Shown here: positions 1 through 8,752 of the stretch, one piece after another | Numbering within the stretch: position 1 is the stretch's first letter | How the letters are laid out: each line of letters opens with the position of its first letter | Assembly (NCBI GenBank): GCA_964447495.1 | Contig: CAYUTF010000018.1 | Coordinates: forward strand, 28,926 to 47,178 | Direction of reading: 5' to 3' | Length of the DNA: 18,253 nucleotides | Origin: an uncultured archaeon | GTDB taxonomy: Archaea; Asgardarchaeota; Lokiarchaeia; Sigyniarchaeales; SOKP01 | The notes under the pieces: model-generated | What the model saw: the letters and a program-made list of their open reading frames with translations, nothing else | Told to the model about the DNA's origin: nothing | The model's database searches: none | Made by a program: the position numbers and the translations under genes

Positions 1-37
1 AGTTCATAAATTTTTATTTTTTTTACTTTTCTTTTAA
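1..37 (+). repeat. Direct repeat copy 1 (37 bp visible; may extend left of the window)
   Basis: agttcataaatttttattttttttacttttcttttaa matches 1397-1433 at 36/37 positions. Confidence 0.85.
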
Positions 38-119
38 ATTTTAAGAGATTTTTTCCATAAGTTCTAGTAATAAGATCTGAATTTCAATTTTAAGATGCAA
101 AAGAAAAAGAACATAAATG

Positions 120-127
120 TTTAAATA
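120..127 (+). promoter_or_regulatory. Candidate archaeal TATA box for the GTPase gene
   Basis: TTTAAATA preceded by an A-rich stretch, 33 nt upstream of the ATG at 161. AT-rich background makes this weak. Confidence 0.35.
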
Positions 128-160
128 AATATAGATCTCAAAGATGGATAAAAAAGGACA

Positions 161-1381
161 ATGACAGATAAAAAAATAGCGCTTATAACTAAATTTTTAG
201 ACACATCAAAGATAATAAACGTAAAAAAATTAAAGTTGGAGGATATTGCCAATTTACCCGCCTCTAGTTTTAAATTTTTAACAGATGCCGATGCTGCGCT
301 TTTTCAAGAATTATTAAAAATTTCAACGATCCGTCAATTTGCAGATCTTGACCCAGAGGAACCATTTTCGATTTTATATGAAGATAAGGCGTCTCAACGA
401 AGGGTGGAACATATCTTACAAACCGATCTCGAAATTGAGGAAAAGTTACAAAAAGCTGTAACGATTTCTTGCATAATTAAACGAATTCAAGAAGAGTCGG
501 AATCATATGTATCTAAGGAACAAAAGATCGTCGTGACTGGTTTAGCAAATGCTGGGAAAACCACCATTTTACGTAAGTTTGGGGGGCAAATTGGGATCAA
601 AGATCTAGCCAACTTAGCACCTACAAAAGGAGTGCAGCGAAAAGAGATAGTAACATCTGATATGGCACTTATATTGTGGGATTTTGGAGGTCAAGAAGAA
701 TATAGAGACGTGTACTTGAGTAATCCTGAAAAATATTTTCTTAAGGTTGATCTCGTGATTTATGTCATTGATCTACAAGATCCTGATAATTATGAAACAA
801 GCATAGCATATTTTAAGCAAATTCTTGAAGTTTTTGAAAAATTAGAGGAAAATCCCTACATTTTAATTTTTATCCATAAATTTGATCCTGACGTAAAGGA
901 TGATCCTGAAGTCCTACTTAACATTGAGCTAGTTAAGGAAATGATCAAAAATATGTTCCAAGAGATGAATGAGCTAGAATATGAAATTTACATGAGTTCG
1001 ATATACGCTGCAATCGCAAGTGAACCAAAATTTTCGAGATATTTAAAAAATACAATGGCTAAAACGGGTGTATTAACTGAAGGAAAGTTGGAGGGTATGG
1101 CGACAGTTTTAGAAAGTACACTAAATGGGATAATTCGACTATCAGAAAGCATGATAGCTCAAAATAACGAATTAGATCGTAGATTAAGGTCAATCGAACT
1201 GAGAATTCCTGTTGCGAAAGATAAATTGAAAGCTCCCCCGAAAGTCGAATTTCCATCTGAGAAAACTCCAAGTCAGCGATTTGAAGCAACAATAAGAGAA
1301 AGTAGGCATGTTAAATCCGCAATATTGGAGGAATTAAATGTTCTTTTTGATAAAAGTAAAAAACGACTAGAGAAATCGTAG
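161..1381 (+). CDS. Small GTPase (Rag/Arf-like, Asgard type) with an N-terminal ~120-aa extension and a C-terminal coiled coil/tail
   Basis: G1 GLANAGKTT, G2 PTKG, G3 WDFGGQ, G4 HKFD (His-type G4 as in Rag/Gtr GTPases), G5 SSIY; heptad-like segment LESTLNGIIRLSESMIAQNNELDRRLRSIE. Confidence 0.9.
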   Translation: MTDKKIALITKFLDTSKIINVKKLKLEDIANLPASSFKFLTDADAALFQELLKISTIRQFADLDPEEPFSILYEDKASQRRVEHILQTDLEIEEKLQKAVTISCIIKRIQEESESYVSKEQKIVVTGLANAGKTTILRKFGGQIGIKDLANLAPTKGVQRKEIVTSDMALILWDFGGQEEYRDVYLSNPEKYFLKVDLVIYVIDLQDPDNYETSIAYFKQILEVFEKLEENPYILIFIHKFDPDVKDDPEVLLNIELVKEMIKNMFQEMNELEYEIYMSSIYAAIASEPKFSRYLKNTMAKTGVLTEGKLEGMATVLESTLNGIIRLSESMIAQNNELDRRLRSIELRIPVAKDKLKAPPKVEFPSEKTPSQRFEATIRESRHVKSAILEELNVLFDKSKKRLEKS

Positions 1382-1396
1382 TATCTCCAACTGACT

Positions 1397-1433
1397 AGTT
1401 CATAAATGTTTATTTTTTTTACTTTTCTTTTAA
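1397..1433 (+). repeat. Direct repeat copy 2, containing a T-rich terminator-like tract just after the GTPase stop
   Basis: agttcataaatgtttattttttttacttttcttttaa, 15 nt after the TAG at 1379-1381; 36/37 identical to 1-37. Confidence 0.85.
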
Positions 1434-1453
1434 TAATTTAGATTCCAATATTC

Positions 1454-2141
1454 TTATCTATAATAAAATTTCGAATGGTTTATTATATCCATAATTTCTG
1501 ATTCTAGGACATCATACCAATGTTTATATGCATCAGCTACATCAAAACAGGCAGTATCTCTGATATTAGGACAAAAAATCTTATTCACCTCTTTTTGTAA
1601 CCTCTTAATTGTGTGCAGTGGAGCAGTTGGTATACTAATGAAATTTTGTTTAGGTTTATATTTTTTAATCATTTTGATCGCTGCTAACATAGTAAAACCT
1701 GATGCTAATCCATCATCAATTATAAATATTGAATTATTTTGAATGTTTCTCTTTAATGTATCATCTAAGTTTGTAGTTTTTCCATAATAAATCAATCTTT
1801 CTTTAATTTCATTTTTAGTTAATTCTATGGATTTTTCTATTTCCTTTTAATTTAGATTTAATCTATATAAAAGAGAATCATTAATAAGAACAGTACCATC
1901 GGTGATTATAGAACCAAAACCCGCTTCGGGATTATTAGGGATTTTAATTTTCCAAACAATTAAGAGGTCATAAATAACATGTAATTCCCTGCAAAAACCT
2001 TCTGCTACAGGATTTCCGCCATTGGGGATTGCAAAAGTAAAAAATTTGTTAGAGTTTTCTGTTAGCAAAATTTTTCATTCATTTTCCTTATCTAGAATGT
2101 AATTAGCTAAAAACTTTCCCGCTTTAGATCTTAAATCTCAT
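1454..2141 (-). pseudogene. Type I phosphoribosyltransferase pseudogene, paralogue of 8939..9640
   Basis: Track ORFs 1847..2068 and 1454..1795 are in the same frame and align co-linearly with the intact copy (FAIPNGG, KIKIPxNPEAGFGSI, DDGLASG, VADAYKHWYDV). Lesions: frameshift just after ATG 2141 (MRF/RSKAG), TGA at 2077-2075 and TAA at 1849-1847. Confidence 0.9.
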
Positions 2142-2313
2142 TACTATTAATACTATAGAAAAATGAACATTTATTATTTATAGTATTAGAAAAATTTGAG
2201 AGAGCAACTTTCTTATATCATTATTAGATATATTTAAATATTGAAAAAAAACAACATATGATTATATTAACTTTAATCAAGAAATCCAAAAAAGAGAAAA
2301 GTTGAAATTTTTA

Positions 2314-4137
2314 ATGAAAAAAATAAAAATAATAGGTGTAATTTTAACAAGCGTACTAATTTTAATGTCAACCGGACCGTTTACTATTGCTCAAAATCCT
2401 AGTTATGTTGGTGTTTCTGAAGGTGAAGAATACGTATGGAATTTTCAACTTAAAAAAGAGGGAATAAATTCTATAAAAACTGATTTTGAAACGTTTGTAA
2501 ATAATTTATTAGATGAAATCTTGGCATGGGATTTAGGTGCTTATACTAATTTGAATGTCTCTGAGGCAATGTTATTAGCAACCGATGATTCAATTGAATT
2601 ATTTAATAATACATTTCTTCCAGGAATAATTCCTCAGGACTGGAAAACTGTTAACTTTTCAACATTTATGGAAACTTTATTTGATAATGTTGTAGAAACC
2701 TTAAATAATACGGTTCTCTCTGGCACAATTCCTTCTGATTGGAGATCTAATAATATTGATTTATTTTTTGAAAATATAATTGATGGATTAAATAAAACTG
2801 TCCCTGGATTCGAAGATTTAACCTTAAGCGAACTTTTTGAATTGGCAATTGATATTGTTAATGATACTATTGCCCCTTTTGGGTCATTACCAGTAGGCTG
2901 GGAAGCAATGACAATGGATGAGCTAATTGAATTATCTCTTGGTAATGTATTCGATTTTATTAATACTACAATTCTTACTGGAATGGTACCCTCTGGTTGG
3001 TTGCATATGAATGTATCTCAATTGCTACATCAAATGTTTCCAATAATACCACAATGGGTTATTGATCAAATGGATGCATCATTTGCTTATTCCGGATTAA
3101 ATGAGGTCAGTATCTTTACATTATATTTTGATATGTATGTACAAAGCATCAATTATTCTTTAGGTATTATTCCCGGAGATTGGAAAGATCGCACTTTATC
3201 AGGTCTTATAACGCCAATATTATTTTATGGATATGAAAATTATAATATTACATATTTTGTTGATGATATTTTTGAAAGCATAAATAGCTCAACTCCTTTT
3301 GATTTATATGCCTTAAATATGTCTGAAATAATTAATATGACTATATATGGTCTATCGGGGGGTTTTTCTCCTGAACAGCAAGCGATGCCGCTGTTAGATT
3401 TGTATACAGACATGGTAGATATGACAATTTATGCAGTCAATGCTTCTTATCCAGAAGGAACATTCCCAGATGGTTGGATGAGTTTATCAATCGATAATTT
3501 AAGGGCTTATTATATAGATGAATCTAGAACGTTATTTGACTTATATATGGACGAGGTTGATAATATCATATCTCAATTTGAATTACTTGAGGGATTCGGA
3601 GAGTATGGCTTAAAAATTAGAATTGATCATATAGGTAGCGAGGTAGAATTAATCCTTGGAGGTCCCAGAGGAGTACCGATAAATCTTTCGATTCTATTCA
3701 AAATGCCAATGAGTGATGAATGGGTGAACTTAATAGATATAATTGGAGGGGATATCTTTCAATATTACACGTTATATATATTAGATCCGACTTCATTTCC
3801 CGCAAGCCAAAGTGCTTTATTTGAACAATTCTTTTCAACAGCAGGGTTGATAATTGGCAAAGGTTATGATTGGAGTTCTATTTCTAAAGAACTTGAATTT
3901 CCAGGACCTGGTATCGATAAACTTATGAAATTTAGTATGGATTGGGATGTTAAAGGTGTACTGGATCATATGACGGTATCATATGAAGACCAAACAGTAG
4001 CATACATAGAATTACAAACAGAAGCAGAACCAGAAGGAAAAATTCCGGGGTATGAAGTAATTATTCTTTTAGGAACAATGTTATTTTCAGTAGGTACAAT
4101 GGTATATTTCATCAAGAAAAAGAAAAAAATCAATTAA
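2314..4137 (+). CDS. Secreted/cell-surface glycoprotein with internal GxxPxxW repeats and a Loki-CTERM-like (IPGY-TM-basic) anchor
   Basis: Signal peptide MKKIKIIGVILTSVLILMSTGPFTIA (ATG 2314 preferred over TTG 2302); C-terminus IPGYEVIILLGTMLFSVGTMVYFIKKKKKIN; many N-x-S/T sequons; acidic composition. Confidence 0.85.
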   Translation: MKKIKIIGVILTSVLILMSTGPFTIAQNPSYVGVSEGEEYVWNFQLKKEGINSIKTDFETFVNNLLDEILAWDLGAYTNLNVSEAMLLATDDSIELFNNTFLPGIIPQDWKTVNFSTFMETLFDNVVETLNNTVLSGTIPSDWRSNNIDLFFENIIDGLNKTVPGFEDLTLSELFELAIDIVNDTIAPFGSLPVGWEAMTMDELIELSLGNVFDFINTTILTGMVPSGWLHMNVSQLLHQMFPIIPQWVIDQMDASFAYSGLNEVSIFTLYFDMYVQSINYSLGIIPGDWKDRTLSGLITPILFYGYENYNITYFVDDIFESINSSTPFDLYALNMSEIINMTIYGLSGGFSPEQQAMPLLDLYTDMVDMTIYAVNASYPEGTFPDGWMSLSIDNLRAYYIDESRTLFDLYMDEVDNIISQFELLEGFGEYGLKIRIDHIGSEVELILGGPRGVPINLSILFKMPMSDEWVNLIDIIGGDIFQYYTLYILDPTSFPASQSALFEQFFSTAGLIIGKGYDWSSISKELEFPGPGIDKLMKFSMDWDVKGVLDHMTVSYEDQTVAYIELQTEAEPEGKIPGYEVIILLGTMLFSVGTMVYFIKKKKKIN

Positions 4138-4147
4138 TTTTTTTTTA
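4138..4147 (+). terminator. Oligo-T terminator candidate
   Basis: Run of 10 T directly after the TAA, between convergent genes; archaeal intrinsic terminators are U-rich. Confidence 0.5.
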
Positions 4148-4176
4148 TTATTATCCTACATTTATCTTTAAATATG

Positions 4177-5574
4177 TTATGGATTTAACAATTCATTTCT
4201 TTGTTTATTTCTATTAATAATCCGTTTTCTATAGAAGTAAATCAGTAATATTATTAAAGATATAATTCCAACAACAACAGAAATCAATAATAAGTATATC
4301 AAGGTAAAATTTATAAAAACGTGATATATCATCTCTTTTATAGTTTGACCAGAATACCCTTCTATATTTACTTTTATTATATAATCTTTCCCATATCTTA
4401 AATCTCTATAGAGATCTCCTTCCCATAATAGATCAGTATTCTTACTTTTTTTTAATGGTATCCAATCTTTAAATACACTATTATCTTCAAAACAAACTCT
4501 CCATTTGATAGAAATTATCCCTTTAGGATCCCAGGCAAGAACGTGAATTTTATCAGAATTTATTTTAAGCCGATTGTTATAAAATTCTTTACTTGAAGGA
4601 GATGTAATAATTCCTTGAGGCCATTTTCCTACATTTTCTATCGAAGTTGAAAGCATATTATTATCAATCGCAACAATTCTATAAGTACCATTATCTTCAT
4701 TAAAGTTATCAGTTATGATCGTGAATAATCCATTATTGGATTGAACATAATTAGAGTGAAGATGACCACAACAATAATAAGCTACATTATATTCCTTATT
4801 TAAATCAAAAAATGTTTTCCCTGTTGAACTTAAATTTGAAATAATTTTATAATAAGGTGGAAAGATTAAAGGATGGTGTCCAAAAACAAATATGGTGTCA
4901 TAATCCCTATATCGTTTCAATTCATTTTCATACCAATCCAATTCTTGAGTATTTAAATAACCACTAAATGAAAAATCAACAAAATTATCATATGAATCTT
5001 TTGCAGTATTTATTCCTATAAATGCATATTTTCCGTATTCAAAAGAATGACTAAATGAAATTTGAGTAGTATTAAATTCACTTCCAATCATAGAATAATT
5101 AAGAAAGTGTCCATATCCTGGATCATTAGAACCATCATGATTTCCCACTAAATCTATATAAATTGATGAGTTTAAGTTAAATTTTGTTAATGATTGGTTA
5201 TATTTATCCCATTCGTTAATATCTTGATTTCTACCATTGTGTGCATCAACAATATCCCCTGTGTGAATAATAAATAAGGGCTTGATCTCTTGATATGTCT
5301 CATTAATGAATTCATAAAAAATATTAATTTCATCTTGATCATCCCATATATACTGTGTGTCGGTGATATGAACAAACCAAAAAATTTCGCTTTCTTCAGA
5401 ATTGATATATCCATTAAGTGATGATTTTAAATAATTAAAATCCGAATTAAATGATATAGTATGGTTAAAATCCTTAAAATATGAATTTGTTAAACTAAAT
5501 GGAAAAATTGATAAATATTCAAGCAAAATTAAACAAAAAATTACATTAAGTAATTTCCTTTTGGTATTTAACAT
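4177..5574 (-). CDS. Membrane-anchored calcineurin-like metallophosphoesterase, TMEM62-like
   Basis: MPP motifs HITDTQ, TGDIVD, GNHD, FGHHP and CGHLH, followed by YRIVAID / WPQGIITSP / IHVLAW blocks; N-terminal hydrophobic segment; C-terminal TM helix with basic tail. Confidence 0.85.
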   Translation of the reverse strand: MLNTKRKLLNVIFCLILLEYLSIFPFSLTNSYFKDFNHTISFNSDFNYLKSSLNGYINSEESEIFWFVHITDTQYIWDDQDEINIFYEFINETYQEIKPLFIIHTGDIVDAHNGRNQDINEWDKYNQSLTKFNLNSSIYIDLVGNHDGSNDPGYGHFLNYSMIGSEFNTTQISFSHSFEYGKYAFIGINTAKDSYDNFVDFSFSGYLNTQELDWYENELKRYRDYDTIFVFGHHPLIFPPYYKIISNLSSTGKTFFDLNKEYNVAYYCCGHLHSNYVQSNNGLFTIITDNFNEDNGTYRIVAIDNNMLSTSIENVGKWPQGIITSPSSKEFYNNRLKINSDKIHVLAWDPKGIISIKWRVCFEDNSVFKDWIPLKKSKNTDLLWEGDLYRDLRYGKDYIIKVNIEGYSGQTIKEMIYHVFINFTLIYLLLISVVVGIISLIILLIYFYRKRIINRNKQRNELLNP

Positions 5575-5771
5575 ACTATTTTTTATTTGTAGAATAGTTG
5601 AAAAACTTTAATAATTAAAATATAAACCATTCATCTTTATTTATCTTATTTTTCAATTATTTACAATTGTTTTAATAAATTTGATGAAAAAAAAGAAGCT
5701 CTAATAAATTTAAATATAAATATCAATTAAATACAAATAGAAATATCTTAAATTAAGATTTGATTTATATC

Positions 5772-6035
5772 ATGAAATTTTTAGATGCAATAGTTTTTTT
5801 GATTATTTTGTTAGTTCTTTTGGCATCTATTAAAGCAGATTTATTTTTTCTACTATTTGGCACCGCTGTTTTTTTATTTTTCATTATTCAGTTCTTTTTT
5901 CAGAATCCATTTGAAATTATTGTTAAATTAATAGAATTTATTTTATTGAATCCTTTAGGCTTTATTCTATTATTTATTCCTTTAATCATTAGTATAATAG
6001 ATTATAGCATAAAAAAAGTGAAAAATATAAAGTAA
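5772..6035 (+). CDS. Small hydrophobic membrane protein of unknown function
   Basis: About three hydrophobic segments and a basic C-terminus; ATG at 5772 (track uses TTG 5760); fills the gap without overlap. Confidence 0.55.
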   Translation: MKFLDAIVFLIILLVLLASIKADLFFLLFGTAVFLFFIIQFFFQNPFEIIVKLIEFILLNPLGFILLFIPLIISIIDYSIKKVKNIK

Positions 6036-6042
6036 AAAGTAT

Positions 6043-7695
6043 CTATTCAGTATTTTTTAACTTTTTTAAGCCTAAAAATAAAAAAAGAATAGCTATTCCC
6101 GTTGAGATTCCAAAATATACTAAAAAAATAAGGATTAAACCAATAGAGTAATTTAATGAATACTGAGCATTTGGTATTACAATAATTAATGCTACTAAAA
6201 AGGAAATTACCTGTAAGATAGCAATCATGTAGACGTTAAAATATATGAATTTACCTTTTTCGTTATATAACGGTTTGATACACTGAATTGCTATTGCTTG
6301 TGAAAGAATAATAATTGAATTTATCAAATATGCTGTGAAAAAGATGATTGCATTCAAAAAATCTAATTGAAATATAATAGAAAAAAAAATAGTTAAGATT
6401 ATATCATTAAAAATAATAATAAACGTCATTAAGTATAAAAAAGAAAAAACTAAAGCATTGACATTTCTGATTGATTTTTTATAAAGAAATATAATTTCTT
6501 TCGAATTTGAAAAAACATAAATTCCCATAAAAATACCAAAAGTAAAACTTCCCATCCATGATAAAATAATTAGAATGGAATAACTAAAAAAAGAAACTGG
6601 AATTGTTATGTGAATTGAGTCCTGAAAATTGTCAATTAAAAGAAGAGGTTCATTTAAGGAAATTAACAGAAAAAAACCAAAAAAAACATGAAATGCAATT
6701 ATATAAAGTAATCTATTGATATTTTCTCTTTTTCTTATAAATTCTTTAAATTGAGTGACTACTAAGCATTTATATTTAGGGATTGTTAAACATTTTATTA
6801 TTTTACTTATCCTTCCTTCATGGTTTATTCTAACTATGTTTTTTTTAAAGGGATGTTCTAAATTATAGAAATGATCCGCTTTCTTATATGAAATATAAGC
6901 AATTATAATGGGTACAGCAATTATAAGAATAACATATATCTCGATATTCAAAAAATAAGATTCAATAAAGCTTGGCTTAATAAGAAATAAAATAACACTT
7001 GAATACCAAAATGAAGGAAAGAAATTCATCAATGGTTTTAAATCTTTATTTAAATTTACCACATTAAAAATAATATCAAATATATAGATTAGAAAAATTA
7101 CCATAAAAGGTAATAATAAAAAGAAACTATTACTTAACCCTACTGATCTCTTCGTGGTTAAAAATTTATGTTCTATCCAATTAGCTAATATGGTTCCTAA
7201 AAGCAGGCTAAAAATAATCATTAAAAAGAAAACAAAATAGAATGATATAAAATGAATCATTGTCATATCTGGGTTAATTTGCATCAATAAAGAAATTGCT
7301 AGTGGTCCAATTCCTAATATAAATAGCATTAACAAAGGTAATTGACCTATAAACTCTCCAAGAAAAAGATCAGACGACTTTATGGGTGTTGATAATATTA
7401 TATCTTTCATTGAATTCTCTAATTTTCTATAGAGTAGAAATAAAGGATATAAAATAAAGATCAAGAAAAAGATCATAAAAGAATATTCAATTATCTCATG
7501 AATAAAGGATAAAAAATATGTTGAAAAGGACTTAGTTAAATCGGGAATGATAAGATTCAATAATACGGGTCCAATGTAGATAGCCCAGAATAAAAAGATA
7601 CTGTATAATAAGATGAAAATTAGTTTTCGATGTTTTCTAAATCGGGAGGTACTTTTCCTTATTTCGTTTCTCGCGATTTTAAGCCAAGTTAGCAT
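6043..7695 (-). CDS. ABC transporter permease (ABC-2/exporter-like, multi-TM, two-lobed)
   Basis: About 12 hydrophobic helices; N-terminal amphipathic WLKIARNEIR; ILSTPIKSSDLFLGEF motif typical of ABC-2 permeases; lies directly downstream of the ABC ATPase. Confidence 0.75.
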   Translation of the reverse strand: MLTWLKIARNEIRKSTSRFRKHRKLIFILLYSIFLFWAIYIGPVLLNLIIPDLTKSFSTYFLSFIHEIIEYSFMIFFLIFILYPLFLLYRKLENSMKDIILSTPIKSSDLFLGEFIGQLPLLMLFILGIGPLAISLLMQINPDMTMIHFISFYFVFFLMIIFSLLLGTILANWIEHKFLTTKRSVGLSNSFFLLLPFMVIFLIYIFDIIFNVVNLNKDLKPLMNFFPSFWYSSVILFLIKPSFIESYFLNIEIYVILIIAVPIIIAYISYKKADHFYNLEHPFKKNIVRINHEGRISKIIKCLTIPKYKCLVVTQFKEFIRKRENINRLLYIIAFHVFFGFFLLISLNEPLLLIDNFQDSIHITIPVSFFSYSILIILSWMGSFTFGIFMGIYVFSNSKEIIFLYKKSIRNVNALVFSFLYLMTFIIIFNDIILTIFFSIIFQLDFLNAIIFFTAYLINSIIILSQAIAIQCIKPLYNEKGKFIYFNVYMIAILQVISFLVALIIVIPNAQYSLNYSIGLILIFLVYFGISTGIAILFLFLGLKKLKNTE

Positions 7696-7736
7696 TTTAA
7701 ATCAATCATTATATTGAAGTAAGTTATTAATTCTAA

Positions 7737-8504
7737 TTATCTCCAAGATAGTAGATCATCGTTATATTGAACGTCCATAATCTTTAGATAAGCTTCCTCT
7801 AAATTATTTGTATCTGTAGATTTAATAATGTCTTGAGGGTTTCCTTGAATTATTAAAACTCCATTATTGATTATACCAATTATATCACAAAGATCTTGAG
7901 CAACATCCAGAAAGTGAGTACAGATAAAAAGTGTTTTATTTGCTTTTTTAACTAAACTTGAGATAAGATTTTTGACCATCCTTGCTGCTACAGGGTCTAG
8001 ATTAGCTGTGGGCTCATCTAAAAAGATGATTTCCGGATCATGAATTAAAGTAGCGCATAAACAGACTTTTTGCTTCATCCCTCTGGAAAATCCTTCTAAC
8101 AAATCATACTTTTTATTATCTAATCCAAATATTTTTAACAATTCTTCTATTCTTGAGGAAACTAAATCATCATCTAAATAGTATAAGGATCCTATGAATT
8201 CAAGAAATTCTCTCGCTGTTAATTTCTCATATAGTCCCGGGGATTCGGGTAAAAATCCTGTTTTAAATTTAACTTCTTTTTTTTTTGATACAACATCATA
8301 TCCTGCAATTAGAGCGGTTCCTGAAGTTGGTTTAATAATCGAATTTAATAAACGTATTGTAGTGGTTTTACCTGCTCCATTAGGACCTAAAAAGCCAAAT
8401 GTTGCACCAGAAGGAATTTTAATAGAGAGATTGTTAACCGCTCTCAATTTTCCGAATTCTTTTGTAAGATTTTTGGTAACAATCGCATATTTATTAGAAT
8501 TCAT
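7737..8504 (-). CDS. ABC transporter ATP-binding protein (ABC-2/DrrA-like)
   Basis: Walker A GPNGAGKTT, signature FSRGMKQ, Walker B IIFLDEP, H-loop CTH, C-terminal LEEAY. Confidence 0.95.
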   Translation of the reverse strand: MNSNKYAIVTKNLTKEFGKLRAVNNLSIKIPSGATFGFLGPNGAGKTTTIRLLNSIIKPTSGTALIAGYDVVSKKKEVKFKTGFLPESPGLYEKLTAREFLEFIGSLYYLDDDLVSSRIEELLKIFGLDNKKYDLLEGFSRGMKQKVCLCATLIHDPEIIFLDEPTANLDPVAARMVKNLISSLVKKANKTLFICTHFLDVAQDLCDIIGIINNGVLIIQGNPQDIIKSTDTNNLEEAYLKIMDVQYNDDLLSWR

Positions 8505-8752
8505 TACTTATATTAAACCCATAATCAATAATACATTAACAATTAATACTCAATATTTAATTTTTAATTGACTTAGATTAAAAATTTATATATTTTGAGA
8601 AGATTAATTTTTTCAATAAATATTTAATAATGATATTAAAGAAAGCAGATTAGACTACTTTCTTTGGATTTAAAAACTAAAAAGAGTAAGATAACTTATT
8701 TTTTATTTTTGAAGTATTATTATATTCATTATAAAAATAGATTATTATACAA

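Noticed and set aside
1059-1292. 77-aa minus-strand ORF
   Set aside because: Antisense shadow of the GTPase; no motifs.
1-1433. The 37-bp repeat as a CRISPR repeat or IS end
   Set aside because: Only two visible copies 1.4 kb apart, T-rich and non-palindromic, with no cas, transposase or integrase gene in the window.
2075-2077. TGA as selenocysteine (Lokiarchaeia are known to use Sec)
   Set aside because: It falls in a variable region with no Cys in the intact paralogue, the gene has other lesions, and I saw no SECIS-like hairpin.
5187-5414. 75-aa ORF
   Set aside because: Alternative frame inside the phosphoesterase gene.
8194-8571. 125-aa plus-strand ORF
   Set aside because: Antisense shadow of the ABC ATPase (typical reverse-Walker A text VVVLPAPLGP).
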